Source: Schizochytrium sp. TIO01
Taxonomy: Eukaryota > Protista > Bigyra: Labyrinthulomycetes
Direction of reading: 5' to 3'
Length of the DNA: 64,000 bases
Assembly (NCBI GenBank): GCA_004764695.1
Contig: SMSO01000037.1
Location: 3,200,747 to 3,264,746, forward strand
This document shows, in pieces, positions 54,646 through 64,000 of the stretch; position 1 is the first letter of the stretch; each line of letters begins with the position of its first letter. The translations under genes were made by a program, and so were the position numbers. The notes under the pieces are model-generated. The model made no database searches and was not told the origin of the DNA. It worked only from the letters and a program-made list of their open reading frames with translations.

Positions 54646-55824
54646 CTATTGGATTTGGACCTTCTCGCGTTGATCCAAAATGTTACCTAGAGACTGGAGA
54701 AGCTGCTGAAGCTCATTAGGAGAAGTAGTCACAGGGTACATGTGGTTATGCTTCGGGTTCCCAGAGTACTCGTACTCAAGTTTGATTGAAGTGACCATCT
54801 CGTTGCTCAGATCAACAATGGGGTGAAGAGAAACCTTATCGTAACCAAGAACACCGTCATTCTCGTGATAGAGAACCACAAGAGGCGAGCTGTAAAGGAC
54901 TTCCGGGTTGTTGAGTTGGAAATCCCAGCCTGCTGCAGTCAACAACTGAGGAGTGATCTGAGGAAGCATACCGAGCATACCAAAACACAAGGCCAGTACC
55001 ATGCCTACAATTTTAGCGGTCATGCGAAGGCCAGCGAAGTCGTCACCATGAAGCGTGATGGCCAGTAAAAGAGCGAAAAGAAGGCCCACAGGAACGGCAG
55101 CAGTCGGTTCCTCGACCATTGACACGGCTGCAGAGGAAAGACTACGGAATGAGCGATCGCTGACAACAATCAGCTCTGGATGGAGCTTTCGAAGCCCAAG
55201 CGCAACAGCGCCACCGAGACTTTGACCGTGCACAATAACCTTGCGGGTGTCTACTTCTAATACTTTGACTAAGTATTCCAGCACTGCTTCTGCATCTGCT
55301 ACAAGATCTTGAGAGCTATACGGGCGTCCAGTGCTAAGTCCACAACCACGGAAATTAAAGCCAACCACGCGCTCAGCATGCATAGCGTGCATATAGGCCT
55401 CCAGAAACTCTGCCATTTCTTCAAAAAGTGCGCCGTTCGCAGGCACATAAAGTAAGGTCAGACCTCTGCGCACGTCCGTATCAGTGGACTCAAGGATGCC
55501 AAAGTTAATTGTGTGGGTGACGGTTTTGGAATCCGAGACAGTGAGATTATGGACGTCCCACTCACTCACATCAACATCGAGTTCGTGATACTTGATATGT
55601 TGCGCAGGAAGAATCATCGACGACAGGACAGTTTCAAGGCCGAGCACCAGGGTTACTGCTCGCATAACGAACAAAAGCCCTTTTCCACCCAAGTCGAAGA
55701 TCTTAGAGTGTTGGCGAGAATAAAAAAACCACCATAGAACATGAGCAGCCAGAGTAGCTCCCAAAAAGATTCCAGCATGTGGCTGTCGATCATTTTCAAG
55801 CATCCATGCTGCAAACCCGGTCAT
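54646..55824 (-). CDS. Membrane-bound alpha/beta hydrolase (ABHD12/13/16/17-like)
   Basis: GFNFRGCGLSTG, nucleophile elbow HGQSLGG, DRSF, candidate Asp in ENDGVL and His in KHNH; two pairs of TM segments. A possible upstream intron 55952-55833 (GTAAGT..CACAG) could extend the N-terminus in frame. Confidence 0.85.
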   Translation of the reverse strand: MTGFAAWMLENDRQPHAGIFLGATLAAHVLWWFFYSRQHSKIFDLGGKGLLFVMRAVTLVLGLETVLSSMILPAQHIKYHELDVDVSEWDVHNLTVSDSKTVTHTINFGILESTDTDVRRGLTLLYVPANGALFEEMAEFLEAYMHAMHAERVVGFNFRGCGLSTGRPYSSQDLVADAEAVLEYLVKVLEVDTRKVIVHGQSLGGAVALGLRKLHPELIVVSDRSFRSLSSAAVSMVEEPTAAVPVGLLFALLLAITLHGDDFAGLRMTAKIVGMVLALCFGMLGMLPQITPQLLTAAGWDFQLNNPEVLYSSPLVVLYHENDGVLGYDKVSLHPIVDLSNEMVTSIKLEYEYSGNPKHNHMYPVTTSPNELQQLLQSLGNILDQREKVQIQ

Positions 55825-57384
55825 TTTCTTGACTGTGACACAAACAAGAAAATAGGGGTGAAGGTGTTATGTCCGTCGCACAAGTTCAATGACAGCGTCA
55901 AGCTCTGCTCAACCAGCCTGCAAGGCTCAAGCAGAACGCTTTATTTACTTACGCCTTCTCAATGAAGTTCCTACACGACGTTGGCTCTCGCACGAGTGGA
56001 GAGCACAAGGAAGAAAGTACGTGAGTCCGGAGCAGGATTGGATTTTGCATCCCTGCCATCTGGAGCAAAGCGTGCAAGAAACTAATGTAAACCTTGTTGT
56101 GTACATATAGTTTACTTTAGTGTTTACAATAGTATGGTGCACACCGCATGCGATGGGAGACGCCCGAGCTCTCACGGCACAATAATCTTTAAAGTGGGGT
56201 GATACCTTCAAATTGGGCGCTTGTGTAGGAGCTTACATGGTAGAGGAATGAGAGCTTGAGTGAGCTGAGCAACATAAGTTGTGCGAGCACCTGCGAGCAC
56301 CTGAACTCTGCTCGCACACTCTGTAGTAGTATTTACTGCTTTCCACGTGGCAGCTATCTTATCTCGAGTGCCCTTACGCACGCACCTAGGTAGGTTCTCT
56401 TCTACTACTGATCATTGACCTATTAAAGCAGGTAGGTAGGTATGTTCTTGAGATGTCGATACACTTTGATTCAAGAGTTCGAAAGATTGGAAGGTTGCCA
56501 AGGAGTGTCGCGGCGAGGAAATGAAGGCAAAAAACTAAATCGCATTCCAAGGCGTTTTCGAGAATAGTAAAAGTTCGAAAATCCACACTATCAAGACTTC
56601 CCTGTTTCCTAAAATGGTGTGTGTTACTTTCATGTTTCTCGACACAAATCTCAGAGAAGACATTGCCTTTTGGCATCAAAGACACTCATAAGATACAGCT
56701 AGAAGTAACTCTTGCATGAGATTCGTGGGTAGAGCTCTAGATTTTCAAGCATCCGGCGCCGAGCATGTTTCGCTTGAAAATAAATCTACGTAGCTCACGA
56801 AAATTCGTACCTGCACAAACAATAACGCCAAAGAAAACACACATTCTAGCGCTCGTAATATATTCCTTTGTCTTTATAGGGTTCACTTGAAAAGTCTGAA
56901 AGCGAGCATTTTGCTATAGACGTCGTGATAATTATGATTGGGTAGGATAAGAATATAAACACCACAGGTGCATTCTTTTAATTCTGCTGTGTCTGGCGAG
57001 ACTGACATTACGCCACTTGAGAAAACACTCAGGTTGGGTCACAGTCAAAGTAATGTACGAGTTTGTGGTGATTCCCTATACGAATACAGTTCTTGCATCC
57101 TGAAATATCAAAATGCTTTAGAGGAAATCGACGGTTTCTTAGAGTATTGAAGTGCCGCACCCCCCAGCATGAGCAATACGAACAGAAAGCGCGGAGCTAG
57201 CCAGGTTGCAGATCCCTTTTGCAGAATGAAGTGAGTCTTGGAGATACCTATAATTGTAGGGAAAAAAGAAGAAGAAATAAAAATAAAAACTTTAAGTATC
57301 TCTGGAGAAAACGAGAAAGAAAGTCAAAGGAGTGTTGCCTCATGACTTTTTGAGCAGCGCTAGAGCTCTTTGGCGACGCTAAGA

Positions 57385-59556
57385 ATGTCATCAAAGCGGC
57401 AGCGAAAACGCAGGAGGAGATACTCACGAGCTTTATTTGCTCTAGCGGGCCTCGGTGTCTGGACTCTGGGAGTACTCTTCATCGCAGAACGACTTCGTGA
57501 CGAAGCCACGCCACCAGCCCGACTCCGCTTCAACGGGTTAGACGACAACGATGCTAGAGACACACCTCGCGACAGCTCTCTTCGCGGAAACGCGGATAAA
57601 GCACCGGATCTAAAAGTGAATAATTATAATGATGCTGAAGTGCATCCGTTTAAAGACACGGTTCAAGTTATTGACACACATTCTTCACGAGATCCGGGCT
57701 CCCAGAATTTGAATGACATGTACGATGAGAGTGATGGTCAGCAAGGGCGACAAGGGCAACAAGATCAAGACTGGCAACCTAACCAGCAGCAAAGCGATAA
57801 CTACCAGGCAGAGGGAGACGTTCTTGTTGAACAGATTAGTGGCGATGATGCACAGCCAGATGACATAGATTTAGCTCAGGAAAACGTAGATGTTGACGAA
57901 ACAAAAGAGTGGTACTTTCTAGATCCTATGATCGCAGACCTGTTCGCCAAAGCTGATGCGGAGCGTGTAAACCATGTTGGTGCTTGGCATGCAGGTAGTG
58001 ACGAAGAGGCCATGTCAAGCACAGAAAGCGCAGGTCGCGGATTTCAAGAACGACAACGTTTTGAACTGTTAGTCTTCGCTGCGCAGGCAGTTCGCGACAA
58101 GGTGAATTGGGACCCCATGGAGGGTAAGAGTCGCACACGACCGAAAGAGGCAGTCGTTGTAGGCACTGCAAATATTATTCAGAGAGACTTTCAGCCGGTT
58201 GCACTTGCTTATCGGATGATGGGGATCAAAGTTGAGGAAGCTTCGAAAATGAGTCCTGCTGTTTCTCATGGGCGCTCAACCGGATCGCTTCGTACTGTTC
58301 GACATCGCGACTGGGGCGTAATACTCTGTCTATCTCTGAGTACTGACAAGTGCCTTTCAGATTCAGACTTTCTGCGGCTCGAGAATGACGAAGGGTTATT
58401 CTCTCGAGTTAACCGAGTGGCTGGTCTTCAAGAGGTGCTCTGGTCTAAGGATCGATACTGCAGCACAATCAAACGGAGTGGTAGCTGGGTTCCATCTTTT
58501 ACATTCCCTTGTTGGGTTCTTCCCACCGAAAACCAAGAACTTGCACGATACCTGATTCATAACTCACAAGGCCATAGATGGCGACCATGGATTATCAAGC
58601 CTTATAAACAGGGAGGAGGAAAGGGTATCTCTGTACTAGACACAGACTCTGAACTTTCCTCGCTAGTATCTTTGGGCGATCGAAAGGTAATTGTTCAACC
58701 TTACTTGGCACAACCTCACCTCTTAGACTCAAGAAAATGGGACTTGCGTACATATGTCCTTGTGACGAGTGTAAGCCCATTCGCTCGAGGCTACCTGTAC
58801 CGAGATGGCCTAGTTCGCCTAGCCACAGATCCATACAACCCTCGAGCCAGACATGGTGGTAATAAGACTCAGTATCTTACCAACACTTCAATTAATAAAC
58901 GCAAGCAACAAGATATGAACCTCCTGACATGGTCCTTTGCACGCTTGGAGAGCGAATTGGGATTCCAACAGTTTCAGCTCTTGTTCGCTCGCTTACGCCG
59001 TGCAGTAGGAATGATGCTCGTAGCTGCTGAGGGCCGCTTTGCAGAATACTTTGAGCAGCTCGGACCAGGATTCCGTTGTGCAAACTGCTATCATCTTTTA
59101 GGGGTTGACCTCATTGTGGATGCAAATTTGATACCGCGTGTCATTGAGGTAAATGGAGAACCAAGTATGAAAATGTCGGGTGCGACTAGTTCCCATTACG
59201 ATACAACCAAGAGTCAGATGCAGCAAGAAGTAGCCAGAATCGCTCTTAAAGCTCGACGAGGTCTGCCTATGCGTACTGCCCAAAGACTTGTGGATCGATG
59301 CGCCGTGTCAGACGCAGAAGCTCGCATACTTGCGCGTGATGAGGATATGCTTATCTACTTAATGAATCTAGACAGAGAGTCAGGTTCAGCTACTAATTTC
59401 CATCTCGTATATCCTGATCCAGATGCATGTGGTCAAGGCCCGCGCGCTCGTCTATGGGATACCTATATTCATGCGATCGCATCTCAAGAGCCGCGAAGCT
59501 ATCAGGATAGACGAAAGACCTTACACAGCTTTGCAAGTCGCTTTGTATGCAGCTAG
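57385..59556 (+). CDS. Tubulin-tyrosine-ligase-type ATP-grasp protein with N-terminal signal anchor (CPED1-like)
   Basis: KRQRKRRRR plus a TM helix and acidic/Gln stem; WIIKP...GGGKGI, VQPYL..PHLL...KWDLRTYVLVTS, YLTNTSIN, HLLGVDLIVD...VIEVNGEPS. Confidence 0.88.
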   Translation: MSSKRQRKRRRRYSRALFALAGLGVWTLGVLFIAERLRDEATPPARLRFNGLDDNDARDTPRDSSLRGNADKAPDLKVNNYNDAEVHPFKDTVQVIDTHSSRDPGSQNLNDMYDESDGQQGRQGQQDQDWQPNQQQSDNYQAEGDVLVEQISGDDAQPDDIDLAQENVDVDETKEWYFLDPMIADLFAKADAERVNHVGAWHAGSDEEAMSSTESAGRGFQERQRFELLVFAAQAVRDKVNWDPMEGKSRTRPKEAVVVGTANIIQRDFQPVALAYRMMGIKVEEASKMSPAVSHGRSTGSLRTVRHRDWGVILCLSLSTDKCLSDSDFLRLENDEGLFSRVNRVAGLQEVLWSKDRYCSTIKRSGSWVPSFTFPCWVLPTENQELARYLIHNSQGHRWRPWIIKPYKQGGGKGISVLDTDSELSSLVSLGDRKVIVQPYLAQPHLLDSRKWDLRTYVLVTSVSPFARGYLYRDGLVRLATDPYNPRARHGGNKTQYLTNTSINKRKQQDMNLLTWSFARLESELGFQQFQLLFARLRRAVGMMLVAAEGRFAEYFEQLGPGFRCANCYHLLGVDLIVDANLIPRVIEVNGEPSMKMSGATSSHYDTTKSQMQQEVARIALKARRGLPMRTAQRLVDRCAVSDAEARILARDEDMLIYLMNLDRESGSATNFHLVYPDPDACGQGPRARLWDTYIHAIASQEPRSYQDRRKTLHSFASRFVCS

Positions 59557-60086
59557 AAAAGAAGCTAGCCATCCATAATAAACTTAATGTACTATTTGAC
59601 CTTTAATTGTCTTTAATTATCTTTAATTGAAGGAACAATGATTTGATATCAATTATGAGAGAAGAACGTAGACAAATTTATAAAATGTTTGAGTCGACGG
59701 TGTTGTTTAATGTCAATTCTTGCAAGTTAAATTTGTCATTTTCAAATCTTTGTCGGTGCTTTTTTGTGTTTCAATCCTTTCAAAAGCGATTAGAGGAGCT
59801 TCAAACTCCAGGTGGCCCGCTTGCGTCGAAAGAAAAGAAAATGTGACCCCAGACAAGGCAATTGTGAAAAATCAAGTCGGCACAACAATTACGAGTCGCA
59901 AGGTCAAATTCTTTCATCTTTGAAATATATTTTTTATGATAAGGAACCAAGCTTGAATAAGTGAAACAAATCAACTGATGCAAAAGCGAGATCGGGATCG
60001 CGAGGGTGGAGTAAAAACAAAGCAAAAACAACCCGACGAAGTGTCCGCTGATGAACCACTTGGTGCTTCGCCAGAGCCTCTTACAC

Positions 60087-62353
60087 TTACATTTTCGTTT
60101 CGAGGGCATCGATTGCAAGAATGCCTTGACTTTTGCGAAGATCCAGGGCAGCTTGAGCCTCGGGGTGGTAATGAACCATCTCCTTCCAAATAAGCTCCTG
60201 CAGCATCGGTTTGCTGAAGTCTTCGACGGTCTCATGCTCGAAATTAAACATTTCGGAGCAGTTAGGCTCATCATCTGGGTTGGCAAGTGAGGCCATGTAT
60301 GGATGAGCTAGAGCTTCCACAACGGTGATGCGCCTGCTGGGGTCAAATACAAGCATCCTCTCCAAGAGGTTCACGGCGTTCGGGTTAGCGCGAGGGTACA
60401 GATTTTCGAAAGGGACTCGGGCCTTTTCGGGCTGCCTCTCCATAAAGCGCCGTGCTTTTTCAGAAGTGACAAATGCCAAATCTTCCTGTGTCGGTTTGCC
60501 GAGCAAATCGCTAATGAGAGTGAGCTGGTGAATGTAGTCTTCACCGGGGAACATAGGCTTGCGACCCAGCAGCTCGCCAAGAATACAACCGACGGACCAC
60601 ACATCGATGGCAGCTGAGTATTGTTTGCATGAAAGCATGATCTCGGGAGCACGATACCAACGAGTCACAACATACTCAGTAAGATCGAGCTTTTCGTCGT
60701 TGACGCCACGTGCAAGCCCAAAGTCGCAAACCTTAAGATCGCAGTTGGAGTTGAGCAGAAGATTTGATGGCTTCAGATCGCGGTGCAAGACACCCGCGCT
60801 GTGCATGTACTTGAGAGAGCGAAGCATCTGGTAGACAAAGTATTGCACATGGTCATCCGAGAGTTTCTGTTTGGAATAAATAATCCGGTGCAAGTCTGTT
60901 TCCATTAGATCTGAGATGATGTAAACATCCTCAAATTCGTCGAGACTCGGGGGCTGGAGGATTTCCCTCATGGAAATGATATTCTCATGATTGAAATGGC
61001 GCAGCAGCTTGATTTCGCGCAAGATGCGCTTGGCGTCAATCAGGTCATCAAATGCTCGAGGAACCTTCTTGATCGCCACCTTTTCTCCAGTAGCCCTATC
61101 GAGTGCGCTCCTGTGACATCGGTCAATAATCATCATCCATACATTTGTGGAATGAGGGATTGTTCATATCATGAAAAATAAAGCGGGTGAAAGATCATCA
61201 CAAATATTTGCGAAGGTAGACATCACCCCGTCCACGCAATTCCAAAGGAACAACAACCATCATTCATTTAGTAGTACCACGACATCACGAACATATAAGC
61301 AAGCAAGTACATTTTTCTCAACAAACGGTCAGTCTCCTGTTATGTTCATCACTTATTTCCAATATTCCCGCAAAAATACATGTTTCCTTCACCGCCTATT
61401 AAAAATGAAAGACCCGCATCGGGTCTTTCACTCGTTTTATCGATGATCTCTTATAGGATACGTATTGACTCTGTCACTCTTCAAAACGTCGTTTTACTTC
61501 AAACCAGGCTTATCTTTACGTCTCCAACTCAACTCTTCATCGTGACTACCTAGCCTGCTAGCCCAAGCAAGCAAGCCAAGGAACAAAAGAGGGTAGACCT
61601 TCTTGTACGACTCTTCTAATATACCCTAGTATATGCTTAACCCATGCTAGACCTTCAAAATGAGATGAACATAGATGCAAAGAAGAAGATTGAAACGAAG
61701 CGAAGAAGAGAGTGAAGAGAAGAATTTGCGAGTATATCAATACACATCTGCATCTGCACTATCTGCACTTGCATGATACCAAATATAATCTCTTCACAGA
61801 TCTCTCTCTCTATATATATGTGGATATGCAGAATCAGATGTAGATTTTATACATGCATGATCAAAGCAGCGTTCCAGAAGAGAATAGAGGAATCCTGAAC
61901 GGAGGTTCAGATGATGTGTTGCCTGGTTGAGAGACTACATGAGTCATGCACCTGCATTTGAAAGTTTGCGAAATATATGAGTATACATCACGTGCATGCA
62001 TGATGTACGGATGCATTTCATGTGCAACCATGGATCCTTTCATTGTGCTGCTTTCGAGATTAATCGTACGAGGTCAACAGTATTCAACTTCATAGGAATA
62101 CAAAAGTGCCGCCAGAACGGCAAACTTACACGACGACTCCATAGGCTCCGTGGCCAATGGGTTTTATCAATTCGTAGCGCGTACTAATGACGAACTTGGT
62201 GCCACTCACCACAAATGAGTGTTCTCCAGCGCCGACTGCCTGGCCATTCTGCTGCTGGCCATTCTGCTGCTGGCCATTCAGCTGCTGCTGTTGAAGCTGC
62301 TGCTGTTGCTGCTGCATCATCGCTTGCTGCTGTTGCTGCTGCTGCGGGTCCAT
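60087..62353 (-). CDS. Mitogen-activated protein kinase, TEY type; exons 62353-62130 and 61110-60087
   Basis: IGHGAYGVV|VSA...VAIKK, HRDLKPSN, DFGLAR, TEYVVTRWYRAPE. Intron GTAAGT 62129..CACAG 61111 is phase 2 on both sides. Confidence 0.96.
62243..62345 (-). repeat. Coding poly-Gln (CAG/CAA) tract and 15-bp NGQQQ repeats at the MAPK N-terminus
   Basis: gccattctgctgctg twice plus gccattcagctgctg, followed by (gct/tgt)n on the + strand. Confidence 0.9.
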
Positions 62354-64000
62354 GGCGGTTTGGGGCTGTTGCGCCTTCTTTGCCGAAGGTGCCTCTTCCG
62401 TGTCCTCAGCGCACCGCTTTAGCGGAGGGGAAGAGGGCGGTGGGTGGGGCCTCGTTGTGCGAAGGGAGTACGTCTGCGCAGAGAGAGCCGCCGCCTCGCC
62501 AACGCGATGGAGGCGGAATATGGGACACGAGGACGAGCGCAAGGAATGGGGAATGAACGCACTAGCAAGCAAGCAACAATCAGTGCTATCAATTCTATCC
62601 GCTTTTACTCATCTTTCTTGTTAAAACACCATATCTTCAGTACCTTACTGCGCATATAACAGATACCATAGGAGAGAGGGTTGAGAATTTTATGATGGGC
62701 TCAATTTATTTCTTTTTATTATTTTAACGCGGAACGATGTAGAGATGATCAATCAACAGCGATGCCTTTGCGTTGCTGACACTTTAAAGGTTAAGCAATG
62801 GCCTGGTTCACTTTATTCTACGCGCGCTCTTCGGTAAATCTCTCATCTCAGGAGCACGCGTGAAGAGATCGATCGAGGTACTGGCACATATTGATAAATG
62901 AGATTATTTTGATTTCAACGCAACACAACCTCGAGCAGTAAGTAGGTACAGGGATACATAGGCCTATAATTTTATTTATTTATTTTCCTAAATTTGATTT
63001 TAAATACCAAGCCAAAAAAGGCGTTGTATATTCATCATGATATGCATAATATGTGTCTATACTAAAACTAAAGCGAAAGCAGAAAACTTTCTTTCAGAAG
63101 ACTGAGTATATATAGGAGACTGGTAGTAAAAGTAGATTATCCTAGGAGTCTAATGTCTTTTTATCTCGTTTAGGTATCAGTATTCCATAATCATAGGGAC
63201 AATTCTGTAGCCCTCGTAATTTTTTATAATTATTAAATTAAAATAATAAATTAATAATTATTTTTTTAAATAAACGTTTGTTTACCCCAAAATATAATAA
63301 AAATGTAGAAAAGTATACAACTTGAAGTGCTACGTAAGTATGTAGTCTTAGTTTTGGCTGCTCTGTGTTGTTTCGATCGATAATCACTTATCAGAGGCTT
63401 CGTGGCTCTTGAGTGCCCTCAACACAACGAAAGCGATCTGATCCAACAGATTGAGCAAACTAACAAACATATAGATATCCTTTGCACAGAACTATACGTC
63501 GCTTTCTATTCGCACACTAAGAGGCGATTCGCAGAGGACGCCGCGTGCAGGTTTATCTTCCTTGTAATACATTTGGGTATACAACGCAGGTACGTCGTGC
63601 TGCGATCTTCTTCATTTCCTCGGGTCTGCATTTTATAAAGTCATCCTGATTAGGGACCCACTCACGTTTGGAGCTTGTCAACGCACAGAGCACTAGCTTC
63701 AAGCAAGTCTCACGCAGTTGGAGTCCAATGTATCTCAATCCTCACCAGTCTTGAACTTAATCGAGTCCATGAAGTGTTCTCAAGCCCTTCACATTTCGAG
63801 GAGTAGTCAGTCTACTTGAGCGATGTGCCACATTCACTCTTCGCATATCTGATTGTTTGTTTACAAAGTGTATTTTGTGAGTCCGGCGAAGTTATTACTG
63901 CTTTCGAGTGTTAACAGTTCGAAACTGAGCGCACTCTTCTTTTGTCTTTTGTTCATAACAGTCGCGAGGTAACATATAAAGAAAGTCACGCGTAGAAAGT

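Noticed and set aside
21154-59556. A functional glycan- or lipid-modification gene cluster (PgtA, GEP4, GH92, PqiA-like, SDR, ABHD, TTL-like)
   Set aside because: The genes act in different compartments and are interspersed with unrelated housekeeping genes; nothing indicates co-regulation.
61111-61201. Perfect GTGATGA (box C) in the MAPK intron
   Set aside because: No CTGA box D before the 3' splice site, and it overlaps the branch region.
1-64000. CRISPR arrays, rRNA, intact transposons or viral hallmark genes
   Set aside because: No repeat-spacer array, rRNA signature, transposase, RT, integrase or capsid motif was recognised.

Overview
Gene-dense eukaryotic nuclear DNA with GT-AG introns, divergent and convergent gene pairs, and AT-rich microsatellite-containing spacers. 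Gene content and style suggest a heterotrophic stramenopile such as a thraustochytrid (inference only). About 18 protein-coding genes are supported: NCKX-type exchanger, RPL12, ALDH10, an At1g75140-like membrane protein, a hypothetical nuclear protein, HID1, PgtA-like GT74+GT2 glycosyltransferase, GEP4, a 4-BRCT Rad4/TopBP1-like protein, GH92 mannosidase, a temptin/Cu-monooxygenase-like/cytochrome b561 fusion, TAPT1, LSM12, p31comet-like, a RING-like/LRR protein, a PqiA-like protein, an SDR, an ABHD hydrolase, a membrane-anchored TTL/CPED1-like ATP-grasp protein and a TEY MAP kinase. The three most interesting signals are: (1) the DBH-like fusion has lost all six copper ligands but keeps all four haem histidines of its cytochrome b561; (2) a catalytically intact TTL-type ligase has type II membrane topology and CPED1-like motifs; (3) a PgtA homologue with GT74-GT2 domain order points to the Skp1 O2-sensing glycosylation pathway. 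Four single-base homopolymer frameshifts probably reflect assembly errors. No tRNA, rRNA, CRISPR array or intact mobile element was recognised. Family assignments rest on motif recognition from memory, not database searches.
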